Origin: Dehalococcoidia bacterium
Lineage (GTDB): Bacteria; Chloroflexota; Dehalococcoidia; UBA2979
Assembly (NCBI GenBank): GCA_041690175.1
Contig: JAWLHV010000006.1
Span: 63,914 to 127,913, forward strand
DNA length: 64,000 nt
Direction of reading: 5' to 3'
Shown here piece by piece: positions 28,389 through 42,105 of this stretch. A program made the position numbers and the translations under genes. How positions within the stretch are numbered: position 1 is the first letter of the stretch; every line of letters begins with the position of its first letter. A model generated the notes under the pieces. The model was not told where the DNA came from and did not search any database. It was given only the letters and a program-made list of their open reading frames with translations.

Positions 28389-30277
28389 TCAGGCGCTCTC
28401 GTGCACCATGAACAGCGTCGCAAGCGGCGGCAGGCTCAGCGCTAACGACTGCTCCCGTCCGTGTGCCGGAATGCTCTCAGTCGAAAGCGTGTCCGGGACC
28501 GGGAAGCCCGACCCCCCGTACTCGGCGGCGTCGCTGTTGAGCAGCAGCCGCCAGCGGCCCGCTCGCGGGGCGCCGATGCGGTAGCCCTGGTGGGTCAGCG
28601 GCGTGAAGTTGCAGACCACCGCCACGTCCGGCGCCTCCCCTCGGCCGTGCCGGGCGAAGGACAGGACCACGTTCGCGTGGTCCGAGGCGTCCACCCACTC
28701 GAAGCCCTCGGGCGTGGTGTCCTGCTCGTAGAGCGTCGCGTGTTCGCGGTAGGCGGCGTTCAGGTCGCGCACCCAGCGCTGGAGGCCTCGGTGGTTGGGA
28801 TAATCCAGCAGGTGCCAGTCCAGGCTGGCCACGGCGTTCCATTCCGCCCACTGGCCGAAGTCCGTGCCCATGAACAGCAACTTCTTGCCCGGATGGCCGT
28901 ACATGTAGCCGTAGAGGGCGCGCAGGTTGGCGAAGCGTTGCCAGTGGTCGCCCGGCATCTTGCCGGGCATGGAGCCCTTCAGGTGGACCACCTCGTCGTG
29001 CGAGAAGGGCAGCACGAAGTTCTCCGTGTAGGCGTAGAGCAGGCTGAACGTCAGGTCGTCCATGTGGTGGCCGCGATGCACCGGGTCGCGCTGCATGAAG
29101 CGCAACGTGTCGTGCATCCAGCCCATGTTCCACTTGTACCCAAAGCCCAGTCCGCCCACCGAGGTGGGCCGGGACACCATGGGCCAGGCCGTGGACTCCT
29201 CCGCCATGGTCACCGCCCCCGGGAACGCCTGGTAGACCAGTTCGTTCAGGCGACGCAGGAACGCGATGGCCTCCAGGTGCTCGCGTCCGCCGAACTCGTT
29301 GGGCGTCCACTGGCCGTGTTCTCGCGAGTAGTCGCGGTAGAGCATGGAGGCCACGGCATCCACGCGCAGGCCGTCCAGGTGGTAGCGGTCCAGCCAGAAG
29401 AGCGCGTTGGACAGTAGGAAGTTGGCCACCTCCCGCCGCCCGTAGTTGAAGATCGACGTGCCCCAGTCGCGATGCTCGCCCATGCGCGGGTCTGCGTACT
29501 CGTAGAGGTGCGTGCCGTCGAAGTAGCTAAGGCCGTGCGCGTCCTTCGGGAAGTGCGCGGGCACCCAGTCCAGGATCACGCCCAGGCCGTGGCGATGGAG
29601 CGTGTCCACCATGGCCATGAACTGTCGAGGCGTACCGAAGCGGCTGGTGGGGGCGAAGTAGGAGAGCGTCTGGTAGCCCCAGGACTCGTCCAGCGCGTGC
29701 TCCGCTACCGGCAACAACTCCACGTGGGTGTAGCCCATGCGGCTGGCGTAGCGGCCCAGGCGCTCGCCCAGTTCGTCGTAGGTCAGCCAGCGGTTGCCCT
29801 CCTCCGGCACGCGCGCCCAGGAGCCCAGGTGGACCTCGTAGATGGCGACGGGGGCGTCCAGCGCGTGGCGGGCGGCGCGGCCGGACATCCACTCCCCGTC
29901 CTGCCACTCGTAGCCTCCGATGTCGCAGACGATGGAGGCGGTGTTGGGGCGCAGTTCGGCGTGGAAGGCGTAGGGATCTGCCTTCTCGTAGCGGGTCTCG
30001 CCGTGGGCGGGGAGCAGGCTGAACTTGTAGCGGGCACCCACCTCCACGCCGGGGGCGAAGCCCTCCCACACGCCGGCCTCCGGCCGCAGCGTGAGTGGCG
30101 TGGCGTCCGGCGACCAGTCGTTGAAGTCCCCCACCACCGAGACCCCCCGAGCGTTGGGCGCCCAGACCGCGAAGTGCGTCCCGTCCGCTGCCACGTGCGC
30201 GCCCAGGCGCTCGTAGGCGTGGAGGTGCGTGCCCTCCGCCAGCAGGTGCAGGTCCAGGTCCGTGAGGCGCACGCCGC

Positions 30278-30281
<4 letters not shown>
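28389..30281 (-). CDS. glgB: 1,4-alpha-glucan branching enzyme (GH13), short form
   Basis: [51 protein letters not shown]. Confidence 0.95.
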
Positions 30282-33622
<3,341 letters not shown>

Positions 33623-33690
33623 CCCGGCGGTGGCCTGGTCCGGGACCGCCTGCCCCATGCCGGCGAGTACATCCGCGGGCTGGGCGGGGC

Positions 33691-35709
33691 TCACGGCAGG
33701 ATGCCTTCCGGCTCGGGAGCGCCCTGGGGGCGCTCGAAGGCGAAGATCTGGGCCGGCTGGGACGGCTCCAGCGCCACCCAGTTCCACTCCCCCCGCCACA
33801 GGTAGCGACGGTCCGACAGCAGTTCGTGGACCACGAACGGAGCATCCGAGGGCAGCCCGAGCGCGGCGAGCGGCAACCCCACGCTCCCGCCCTGTGGGGA
33901 CGTGGGGTCCAGGCTTACGGTCGTCAGTAGGTGGCCGGGCTCCCCTCCCTCCGCGCCTCCCGGGGCAGCCTTCACGTAGGCCACCACCTGGTCGTTGTCG
34001 ATGGGCAGGAACCAGAGGTCGTGGTTGTACTGCAGCGCCGCGTGGGCACGGCGCAGGTGGTTCCACTGCGTGACCTGCTCTGTGATCCGGTCCGGCGCGT
34101 GCCAGTCTCGAGGACGGACCTGGAACTTCTCCGAGTCCAGGTACTCCTCTGAACCCGGCGCCACCGGCGTGCGTTCCAGCAGTTCGTAGCCGCTGTACAT
34201 GCCCCAGGACGGGCCGAGGGTGGCGGCGAGGGCGAGCCGGGCCAGGAAGGCGGGCCGCCCTCCGGTCTGGAGATACTCGTGCAGGATGTCCGGCGTGTTC
34301 ACGAAGAGGTTGGGCCTGAGGAAGTCCCGGAGGGGCGGCTGGGTGAGTTCGGTGAAGTAGTCCACAATCTCGTGCTTGGCGTTGCGCCACGTGAAGTAGG
34401 AGTAGGACTGCGCGAACCCCAGTTTGGCCAGTGCGGCCATGCGCTTCGGCCGCGTGAACGCCTCCGAGAGGAAGATCACGTCCGGGTGTTCGCGGTGGAT
34501 GCGGTCGATCAACCACTCCCAGAAGCGGAAGGGCTTGGTGTGTGGGTTGTCCACCCGGAAGACGTGGACGCCATGCTCCACCCAGAACAACGTGACGTGG
34601 AGCAGTTCCCGCCAGAGCGCCTCCCAGTCCGCCGTGTGGAAGTTCAGCGGGTAGATGTCCTGGTAGCGCTTGGGCGGGTTCTCCGCGTAGCGGATGGTGC
34701 CGTCCGGGCGGTGCCGAAACCACTGGGGATGCTCTCGCACCCAGGGATGGTCCGGGGAGCACTGAAAGGCGAGGTCCAGCGCTACCTCCAGGCCATGCGT
34801 GCCGGCCTCGCGCACGAACCAGTCGAAGTCATCGATGGTGCCCAGCGCCGGATGCACGGCGGTGTGGCCGCCCTCCTCCGAGCCGATCGCCCAGGGGCTG
34901 CCCACGTCGTGCGGGCCGGCCTCCAGCGTGTTGTTCCGTCCCTTGCGCGCCGTGGTCCCTATGGGGTGCACGGGCGGGAGGTAGAGCACGTCGAAGCCCA
35001 TGGCGGCGATGTCCGGCAGGCGGCGGGCGGCCTCCCGGAAGGTCGCGCTGCGCGCCGGGTCGGGCGTCTCCGAGCGGGGGAACATCTCGTACCAAGAGCC
35101 GAAGCGTGCACGGGCGCGGTCCACCCAGAGCGGCAGGATCCGGGCGTACCACGTCTCCTCCGCCCGCCCGCGGGCGCGGCGCATCGCGGCCAATACCGCC
35201 GGGTCCTCCGCCACGCCGAGGCGTCGAGGCACGTCCAGGCTCTCGTCGCGCAGCCAGGTAGCGGCGGGCCGGAGCGCGTCGTGGTCGACCCCGTGGGCGG
35301 CGGCCGCAGCCGCGGACACCAGGTCCGCGCCCTCCTGGAGTTCGCCGCGCACATCCCATCCGGCGTCCACGCGCTTCCGAAGGTCCACGAGCCACGTCGC
35401 GTAGCGGTCCACCCACGCGACCGTCGTGTACTCCCACCGGCCGATGGCGTCCGGGGCGAATGACGCCTCCCACTCGTCATTCCCCAGCAGGACCATGGGC
35501 GCGTGCTGCCAGGACTCCTCGCCGTGGCGGCGGTAGAGCAGAGCCACGGCCACCTCGTCATGGCCGTCCGCGAAGGCGTGGGCAGTGACGCGAAAGCGCT
35601 CGCCGATGCTGCTGCGCGCGGCGTGGCGGCCCGCGTCCACCTCTGGCAGCAGGGCGTCCACCACGCAGCGAGGTGGCGGCGGTGTGCGGCGTCCGTGCGT
35701 CTCAGCCAC
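33691..35709 (-). CDS. glgE: Alpha-1,4-glucan:maltose-1-phosphate maltosyltransferase
   Basis: [59 protein letters not shown]. Confidence 0.95.
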   Translation of the reverse strand: MAETHGRRTPPPPRCVVDALLPEVDAGRHAARSSIGERFRVTAHAFADGHDEVAVALLYRRHGEESWQHAPMVLLGNDEWEASFAPDAIGRWEYTTVAWVDRYATWLVDLRKRVDAGWDVRGELQEGADLVSAAAAAAHGVDHDALRPAATWLRDESLDVPRRLGVAEDPAVLAAMRRARGRAEETWYARILPLWVDRARARFGSWYEMFPRSETPDPARSATFREAARRLPDIAAMGFDVLYLPPVHPIGTTARKGRNNTLEAGPHDVGSPWAIGSEEGGHTAVHPALGTIDDFDWFVREAGTHGLEVALDLAFQCSPDHPWVREHPQWFRHRPDGTIRYAENPPKRYQDIYPLNFHTADWEALWRELLHVTLFWVEHGVHVFRVDNPHTKPFRFWEWLIDRIHREHPDVIFLSEAFTRPKRMAALAKLGFAQSYSYFTWRNAKHEIVDYFTELTQPPLRDFLRPNLFVNTPDILHEYLQTGGRPAFLARLALAATLGPSWGMYSGYELLERTPVAPGSEEYLDSEKFQVRPRDWHAPDRITEQVTQWNHLRRAHAALQYNHDLWFLPIDNDQVVAYVKAAPGGAEGGEPGHLLTTVSLDPTSPQGGSVGLPLAALGLPSDAPFVVHELLSDRRYLWRGEWNWVALEPSQPAQIFAFERPQGAPEPEGILP

Positions 35710-35715
35710 GGTCGC

Positions 35716-37983
35716 TCACACGAGCCGCAGGACGGAGACGGAGCGCGCCGGGGCGATGAAGGCCCCGTCGTCGTTCCAGCGCTGCCGGCGGGACTGGTCG
35801 GTCTCAATGGTCAGGCGCCACTCCTGTGAGGGGCGCGTGACGGGGAGCGTGAACTCCACGTCCTCCTCGCCGGCGTTGAACACCAGCATCAGCGTGTCGC
35901 CCACGATCCGGCGGCCCTGCGTGTCCAGTTCGTCAATGGCGTCCCCGGCCAGGCGGACACTGAAGGCGCGACGCCACGCCTCCTGCCAGTGCTCGTCCGT
36001 GACCTCCACGCCGTCCGGCAGGAACCAGGCGATGTCGTGTTGCTCCGCGCCCCGGATGCGGCGCCCCTGGAAGAAGCGACGGCGGCGGAGGACGGGCTGT
36101 TCCTGGAACAGCCGCACCATGGCGCCGGTAAACCGCGACAGGTCACGCTGCCAGGGCAGCAGTTCCCAGTTCACCCAGGAGATCTCGTTGTCCTGGCAGT
36201 AGGCGTTGTTGTTCCCACCCTGCGTGCGGCCGAACTCGTCCCCGGCCAGCAGCATGGGCACGCCCTGGGAGAGGAACAGCGTGGCGATGAAGTTGCGCAT
36301 CTGCTGCTGCCGGACGGCGTTGATCTCCGGATCGTCGGTCTCGCCCTCCACGCCGTAGTTGGCGCTCAGGTTGCCGTCATGGCCGTCGCGGTTGTCCTCG
36401 CCGTTGGCCTCGTTGTGCTTGTGCTCGTAGGAGACCAGGTCGCGCAGTGTGAAGCCGTCATGGGCGGTGACGAAGTTGATGCTGGCGTAGGGGGTGCGAC
36501 CGTTGGCCTCGTAGAGGTCTGCGCTGCCCGCCAGGCGGGTGGCCATCTCCGGCAGTTGGCCCTCCTCGCCGCGCCAGAAGCGGCGGACCGTGTCCCGGTA
36601 CTCGCCGTTCCACTCGGCCCAGCCCACCGGAAAGTTGCCCACCTGGTAGCCGCCCGGCCCCACGTCCCAGGGCTCCGCGATCAGTTTCACGTTCGCCAGC
36701 AACGGGTCCTGAGCGATGATCTCGAAGAAGGAGGACAGGCGGTTGACCTCGTACAGTTCGCGCGCCAGCGCACTGGCCAGGTCGAACCGGAAGCCGTCCA
36801 CGTGCATCTCCAGCACCCAGTAGCGGAGGCTGTCCATCACCATCTGCAGCACGCGCTGGTGCTGCAGGTTCAGGGTGTTCCCTGTGCCCGTGAAGTCCAT
36901 GTAGTACCGAGGGTCGTCCGGCATGGTGCGGTAGTAGGAGAGGTTGTCGATGCCGCGCCAGGACAGCGTGGGCCCCAGGTGGTTGCCCTCCGCCGTGTGG
37001 TTGTAGACCACGTCCAGGATCACCTCGAGGCCGGCGGCGTGCAGCGCGCGGACCATCATCTTGAACTCGCGTACTGCCTCCAGGCCGTCCCCCGACGAGG
37101 CGTAGCGCGTGTCCGGGGCGAAGAAGCCCAGGGTGTTGTAGCCCCAGTAGTTGGACAGCCCCTTGTCCTTCAGATGCCACTCGTCCACGTGATGGTGTAC
37201 CGGCATCAGTTCCACCGCCGTCACCCCCAGGGAGAGCAGGTGGTCCAGCACCGGCTGGGAGGCGAGCGCGGCGTAGGTACCACGCAGGTGGTCCGGGATG
37301 TCCGGATGGAGTTGCGTGAGGCCCTTCACGTGCGCCTCGTAAATCACGGTGCGCTCCCAGCGGCGCCGAGGGGGGCGGTCGTCGCCCCAGGTGAAGGCCG
37401 GGTCTACCACCGCGGCAAGCGGCGCGAAGGCGGCGTTGTCGCGGTCGTCCGCCTCCAGGTCCTCGTGCGGCCCACCCATGCGATGGCCGAACGCGCTCTC
37501 GTCCCACGCCACGAGGCGGCCGATCGCCTTGGCGTAGGGGTCCAGGAGCACCTTCCGGGCGTTGAAGCGGTGGCCCGCCTCCGGCTCCCAGGGACCGTGC
37601 ACCCGGTAGCCGTACAACTGGCCCGGGCGGGCATCCGGCAGGTAGGCGTGCCAGATCAGGCCGTCGCGCTCCTCCAGCCGCACCCGCTCGGACTCTTCGT
37701 CCGCGTCCGGCGCGTCGAACAGGCAGAGTTCCACCGCCGTCGCGTGCTCGGAGAACAGCGCGAAGTTCACGCCCACGCCGTCCCAGGTGGCGCCGAGTGG
37801 GTAAGCGCTGCCGGGCAGCACGCGTCGGGCGACCCGCGGCCGCTGTCGAGGGGTGGCGCTCGGCCGCGCGCGACGGCGGGATCCCGGACGGGCTGCTGGA
37901 GCCGCGGGGGCCGCAGGCTGCGTCGCGGGCGGGGTGGCCGGCTGCGTGGCTGGCTGAGGCGTGGTCCGGGGTGAGCGCGGCAT
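35716..37983 (-). CDS. glgX: Glycogen debranching enzyme (isoamylase)
   Basis: [53 protein letters not shown]. Confidence 0.95.
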   Translation of the reverse strand: MPRSPRTTPQPATQPATPPATQPAAPAAPAARPGSRRRARPSATPRQRPRVARRVLPGSAYPLGATWDGVGVNFALFSEHATAVELCLFDAPDADEESERVRLEERDGLIWHAYLPDARPGQLYGYRVHGPWEPEAGHRFNARKVLLDPYAKAIGRLVAWDESAFGHRMGGPHEDLEADDRDNAAFAPLAAVVDPAFTWGDDRPPRRRWERTVIYEAHVKGLTQLHPDIPDHLRGTYAALASQPVLDHLLSLGVTAVELMPVHHHVDEWHLKDKGLSNYWGYNTLGFFAPDTRYASSGDGLEAVREFKMMVRALHAAGLEVILDVVYNHTAEGNHLGPTLSWRGIDNLSYYRTMPDDPRYYMDFTGTGNTLNLQHQRVLQMVMDSLRYWVLEMHVDGFRFDLASALARELYEVNRLSSFFEIIAQDPLLANVKLIAEPWDVGPGGYQVGNFPVGWAEWNGEYRDTVRRFWRGEEGQLPEMATRLAGSADLYEANGRTPYASINFVTAHDGFTLRDLVSYEHKHNEANGEDNRDGHDGNLSANYGVEGETDDPEINAVRQQQMRNFIATLFLSQGVPMLLAGDEFGRTQGGNNNAYCQDNEISWVNWELLPWQRDLSRFTGAMVRLFQEQPVLRRRRFFQGRRIRGAEQHDIAWFLPDGVEVTDEHWQEAWRRAFSVRLAGDAIDELDTQGRRIVGDTLMLVFNAGEEDVEFTLPVTRPSQEWRLTIETDQSRRQRWNDDGAFIAPARSVSVLRLV

Positions 37984-37990
37984 CGCGTGG

Positions 37991-37996
37991 AGGCTA
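37991..37996 (-). promoter_or_regulatory. -10 element TAGCCT 7 nt upstream of the glgX ATG (leaderless-type)
   Basis: TANNNT-N7-ATG geometry with no Shine-Dalgarno. Confidence 0.5.
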
Positions 37997-38068
37997 CTCG
38001 CGGGCCTCTCGCGCTCGGGTGTCGGGCGCAGGCAGCCCGTTACAAATCCGGCAAGGTGAGCGCGCGAG

Positions 38069-39187
38069 TCACGCGGAACGGGTTGCAGGCATGACGTGGA
38101 GGTCCTCCGGCGCGAGTTCCAGCGTCCACTCCCGCTGCGCGTCCACGCCCAGCACCGAGTACGGCCGCGCCGGCAGGTCCACCTCCACGGACAGGTCGCC
38201 CGGCGCCTGGAAGCGCAGCAGGTGGTGCAGGCCGTAGCCGTCGTCCTCCACGAGCGTGGCGCTCACTCCATTGGGTGACTCCACCTCCGAGGCCGGGACG
38301 CGGCGCAGGGCCACCCGCTCCGCGCGTATGCCCACGTCCACGGCAGCCCCCACGGGCGGGGCGTGCTCCCCCGCCCAGGAGGCCGCCCGCCAGCGGCGAC
38401 CGCCGAAGTCCACCTCCACGGAGTCCGGGCCGTGCGCCACCACCTCCGCCCGGTAGACGTTGCGGAAGCCCATCAGCGTGGCCACCTCGCGGTCCGCGGG
38501 GCGGAGGAAGGGCTCGTCCGGCGGGCCGGACTGGCGGACCCGGCCGTCCACCAGCACCACCAGGCGGTCAGCCAGCAGGTACGCCTCCCGGAGGTCGTGG
38601 GTGACGAAGATCGCGCCTCGCCCCAGGTCACGGCGCAGGCGTCGCAACTCGCGCCGGAGGCCGTCGCGGATGGCCTCGTCCAGCGCCGAGAACGGCTCGT
38701 CCAGCAGCAGCAACGGCGTCTCCCGCGCCAGCGCGCGGGCCAGCGCCACCCGCTGCGCCTGCCCGCCGGAGATCGTCCGAGGGCGGCGCGAGGCCAGCGC
38801 CTCCACGCCGGTCAACGCCAGCAGCGCCCGCGCGCGGCGCTCCCGGTCGGGAGCAGCGGGCATGCCGAACAGGACGTTCTCCATGACCGAGAGGTGGGGG
38901 AAGAGCCCCAGGTCCTGCGGTACCCACGCCGCCGGCCGCAGGTGCGGCGCCACGTCCACGCCGCGGGCAGCGTCGAACATCGAGGCGCCCTGGATGTCGA
39001 TGCGGCCGGTGTCCGGTCGGAGCAGCCCGGCGATCGCGCGCAGCGTGATGCTCTTGCCGGAGCCGGAGGGCCCGAAGATGACGACGGTCTCCTGCTGCAT
39101 CTCCAGCGCGAACTCCAGCGAGAACGCCCCCAGGGCGAGCCGGAAGTCCGCGGAGACCAACGGGGCGGCGGCAGGAGCAGCGGTCAT
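38069..39187 (-). CDS. modC: Molybdate ABC transporter ATP-binding protein
   Basis: [31 protein letters not shown]-like C-terminus; follows modB with an ATGA overlap. Confidence 0.8.
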   Translation of the reverse strand: MTAAPAAAPLVSADFRLALGAFSLEFALEMQQETVVIFGPSGSGKSITLRAIAGLLRPDTGRIDIQGASMFDAARGVDVAPHLRPAAWVPQDLGLFPHLSVMENVLFGMPAAPDRERRARALLALTGVEALASRRPRTISGGQAQRVALARALARETPLLLLDEPFSALDEAIRDGLRRELRRLRRDLGRGAIFVTHDLREAYLLADRLVVLVDGRVRQSGPPDEPFLRPADREVATLMGFRNVYRAEVVAHGPDSVEVDFGGRRWRAASWAGEHAPPVGAAVDVGIRAERVALRRVPASEVESPNGVSATLVEDDGYGLHHLLRFQAPGDLSVEVDLPARPYSVLGVDAQREWTLELAPEDLHVMPATRSA

Positions 39188-39852
39188 GCGTGCCTCGCGC
39201 GTCGTAGCGCGGCGGTCAGCGCCACCAGCACCAGCAGGCCGCCGGCGAGCGTCAGCAGGGCTAGCGCGTTCGCCGTGCCGTGGCGACCGGCCTGCACCGC
39301 CTCGTAGATCGCGGCGGGCACCGTACGCGTCTGGCCGGGGATGCTGCCCGCCACCACCACCGTGGCGCCGAACTCGCCGATGGCGCGTGCGAACGCGATG
39401 AGCGTGGCGGCCGCCAGGCTGGGCCAGGCGAGCGGCAGCACCACGCGCAGGAAGCGACGGCGGGGGGACGCCAGGGTGGCGCCGACGTCCAGGAGCGAGG
39501 GTGGGATCTGCTCGAAGCCGGCCTGCGCGGTGCGGACAAAGAGTGGCAATGCCACCACCGCGGCGGCAAGCCCCGCACCCCACCAGGTGAAGACCAGCCG
39601 CAGGCCGGCGTCGTCCACCAGCCAGCGGCCCACCCCGCTCTGGCGGCCGAGTGTGTACAGCAGGTAGTAGCCCACCGAGACAGGCGGGAGCACCAGCGGC
39701 AGGAGCGCCAGCGCGGAGAGCATGCCGCCCAGCACCGGGCGCGCTCGGGCGATCCACCAGGCGATCGGCGTGCCCAGCAGCACACAGGCCACCGTGGCCA
39801 GCGTCGCCACCTGGAGCGAGACGCGGAACACGGACCAGTCGATGTCCGCCAT
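39184..39852 (-). CDS. modB: Molybdate ABC transporter permease
   Basis: LPLVLPPVSVGYYLL, FTWWGAGLAAAVVALPL, FARAIGEFGAT, IYEAVQ. Confidence 0.88.
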   Translation of the reverse strand: MADIDWSVFRVSLQVATLATVACVLLGTPIAWWIARARPVLGGMLSALALLPLVLPPVSVGYYLLYTLGRQSGVGRWLVDDAGLRLVFTWWGAGLAAAVVALPLFVRTAQAGFEQIPPSLLDVGATLASPRRRFLRVVLPLAWPSLAAATLIAFARAIGEFGATVVVAGSIPGQTRTVPAAIYEAVQAGRHGTANALALLTLAGGLLVLVALTAALRRARHA

Positions 39853-40617
39853 CTAGTCCACCGTCTCGAAGCCAGAAGCCCGGAGGACCGAGCGCGCGTT
39901 GTCATCGTGCTGTAGGAGGCGCAGCACGCACTCGGCGGCGGCGCCGTGCTCCGCGCTCGCCACCACGCCTCCGGCCTGCACGATCAGCGCGTGGAGGGCC
40001 GGGTCCACCACCGCGTGCCGGAGCGCCCGCCCCAAGGTCAGAGTGGAGAGCGCGACCAGCCCCGCGTCCGCGTCGCCGCTGCGGACGTACTCGGCGGCCT
40101 GGCGGACGTTCTCCGCCACCACCAGCCGAGGCGACAACGACTCCCACAGTCCGGCCGACTCCAGCGCTTCCCGTGCCGCCCGCCCGTACGGCGCGTGGTC
40201 CGGGTTCGCGATGGCGATGCGCTGGACATCCGGCCTCGCGAGATCCTGGATCGACATGAGCGGCGCTAGCCCGTCCCGCCACGGCAGCGCTAGGTGCCCC
40301 ACGGCGTAGTCATGGACCGAGCCCACCTGGATGTCGCCTGAGGCTTCGAGGTCGTACGGATAGGAGCGGTCCGCCGAGAGGTAGAGGTCGTAGGGCGCGC
40401 CCGCGCGGACCTGGTCCCGCAACTGCCCGGAGGAGCCGAGCACCACGTCCATCTGCGCGCCGCACTCCCGCTCCACGAGCGGCGCCAGCGCCTCCAGCGC
40501 GCCGGCCAGGTCAGACGCCGCGGCTACCGTCACGCGTTCGCCCGCGGTCGCGGAGCCGCAGCCGGACAGGAGCAGCACGAGCAGCCCGGCGAGCAGGACG
40601 GCGTGGCCCACCCTCAC
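39853..40617 (-). CDS. modA: Molybdate ABC transporter substrate-binding lipoprotein
   Basis: Lipobox LLSGC, VAAASDL, GSSGQL, DLYLSAD, IANPDHAPYG, ENVRQA. Confidence 0.88.
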   Translation of the reverse strand: MRVGHAVLLAGLLVLLLSGCGSATAGERVTVAAASDLAGALEALAPLVERECGAQMDVVLGSSGQLRDQVRAGAPYDLYLSADRSYPYDLEASGDIQVGSVHDYAVGHLALPWRDGLAPLMSIQDLARPDVQRIAIANPDHAPYGRAAREALESAGLWESLSPRLVVAENVRQAAEYVRSGDADAGLVALSTLTLGRALRHAVVDPALHALIVQAGGVVASAEHGAAAECVLRLLQHDDNARSVLRASGFETVD

Positions 40618-41156
40618 GAGGCGCGGCGCCCGGCCTCGGGCGGGGTGACGCCCCGGAGCCACTCCAGCGTGGCGCGGCCCGCCGTGACCTTCGAGTCCCA
40701 CAGCAGGCGCTCGAAGCCCTCGGCCGCGTCAAGCGACGCTGTAGCGTTCGCGACATAACGGCGACAGACCTCGACCTGTTCGCGCAGCAGGCGGGGGATC
40801 GAGGCGGGATCCAGCGACTCCAGGAAGTAGATCTTCAGGAGCAGGTCCAGGCGGGCCTCTCGCATGCGCTGCACCGGCCGGGTGAGCCAGGCGCGCAGCG
40901 GAGGCCAGCCCTCCTCGTTCACCGTGTAAACGCGTCGGGGCGGGCGGCGGCCCACGCGGACCTCGTCCCAGTCCAGCACCTGCTCACGCTCCAGGCGGCG
41001 GAGGTAGCCGTACACCATTGCCTGGTCCGCCGGCAGCAGGGTGGCCACGGGGGACTCCGCCCAGCGCCGCGCCACCTCGTAACCGTGGGCCGGCTCCACG
41101 GCCAGAAGCGCGAGCGTGACGTACTCCGGCAGCGAGAGCGCGCGAGGCTCGACCAT
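40614..41156 (-). CDS. PadR family transcriptional regulator
   Basis: LALLAVEPAHGYEV, VYGYLRRLE, RPPRRVYTV wing, C-terminal helical domain. Confidence 0.85.
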   Translation of the reverse strand: MVEPRALSLPEYVTLALLAVEPAHGYEVARRWAESPVATLLPADQAMVYGYLRRLEREQVLDWDEVRVGRRPPRRVYTVNEEGWPPLRAWLTRPVQRMREARLDLLLKIYFLESLDPASIPRLLREQVEVCRRYVANATASLDAAEGFERLLWDSKVTAGRATLEWLRGVTPPEAGRRAS

Positions 41157-41163
41157 GCTCGGG

Positions 41164-41193
41164 AGAATACTTGGAGGTCAGGTATCTGCCAAG
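41164..41193 (-). promoter_or_regulatory. Leaderless-type -10 (TATTCT, 7 nt before ATG) with an adjacent CTTGG-N14-CCAAG inverted repeat
   Basis: AGAATA at 41164-41169, CTTGG at 41170-41174, CCAAG at 41189-41193. Confidence 0.45.
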
Positions 41194-41215
41194 AAAGTAG
41201 CGGGGGCGCTAGGCG

Positions 41216-41974
41216 TTACTGCGCCCACCCCGGCCAGAAGCCGAAGTCGATGCGGTTCCAGTCCGGATGACCCATCGCGGGTGAGTACGGCCCCAGGTCC
41301 TGGCCGTTCACCGCCAGCAGCAGATTGCGCCCGTTGTCCGTCCACACCTGGATGCGCTCGCCGCCCTCCCAGGACTGGCGCTGCCCGGCGCGCAGCGTGC
41401 CATCGAACTGCACCACGCCGTCCACCGTCACGCGCACCTGGGCGTCTTCCGGGGCGGCGAGGCCCACCGTGACGCGGTTGGGCGCAGGGGCTACCGCCGG
41501 GGGCGCGAACGGCTCCGAGGTGGGCGCCACCGTGGTGGCGGTCTCCGCGGGGGGCTCGTCTCCGGCGAATATCGCGACGCCGCCCAGCACCACCAGCGCC
41601 ACCCCCGCCGCCACGGGGAGCGCCACGCGCGCGGGGACGCGGCGCCAGCCGCGGCCGTCTACGTCGCGGCGGGCGGCCTCTTCCCACTCGTCGGGTGGCC
41701 AGGCTTCCCGTGCAGCGAGTGCCGCGCGAGACGGGACCGGCGGGGGCAGCGGCGGCAAGTCCTCCTCGAACGTCCCGGCGGGGACGGCCCGGGGCCGCGC
41801 GGGCGCGCGCTCCCGGTCGGTGGGGCGGTCGGGGGCCATGGCCGGCGTGCGAAGGTCCGCCCACAGCGTCCGGAAGGCCGTGAGCAGGAAGACGTACAGG
41901 AGCACCACCGCGCCGATGCGGAGCGCTAGCAGGACCAGCGGCCAGCCTTCGTCGAGCAGGGCGTCACCTCCCAC
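41216..41974 (-). CDS. Membrane protein with a C-terminal RodZ-like (DUF4115) domain
   Basis: Two TM helices; C-terminus VRVTVDG...GTLRAGQRQSWEG...IQVWTDNG..L.VNG matches the DUF4115 pattern; start uncertain (GTG 41974, or CTG 41959 behind GGAGGT). Confidence 0.65.
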   Translation of the reverse strand: MGGDALLDEGWPLVLLALRIGAVVLLYVFLLTAFRTLWADLRTPAMAPDRPTDRERAPARPRAVPAGTFEEDLPPLPPPVPSRAALAAREAWPPDEWEEAARRDVDGRGWRRVPARVALPVAAGVALVVLGGVAIFAGDEPPAETATTVAPTSEPFAPPAVAPAPNRVTVGLAAPEDAQVRVTVDGVVQFDGTLRAGQRQSWEGGERIQVWTDNGRNLLLAVNGQDLGPYSPAMGHPDWNRIDFGFWPGWAQ

Positions 41975-42105
41975 GGCCCGGATGGGCCTCCCTCCACGAT
42001 ACGGCCGAGAGGGCCACTGGGCGTCCCATGTGAGGACGGTCACGCGGACTCGGGATACGGTGGAAGGACCCTCCCTCCCCACCGCTGGGCCATCCTCGGA
42101 GGTCT

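Noticed and set aside
41157-41215. ModE box or Moco riboswitch upstream of the mod operon
   Set aside because: No TATAT-N-TATAT-like element, and the region is only about 60 nt with a leaderless-type geometry
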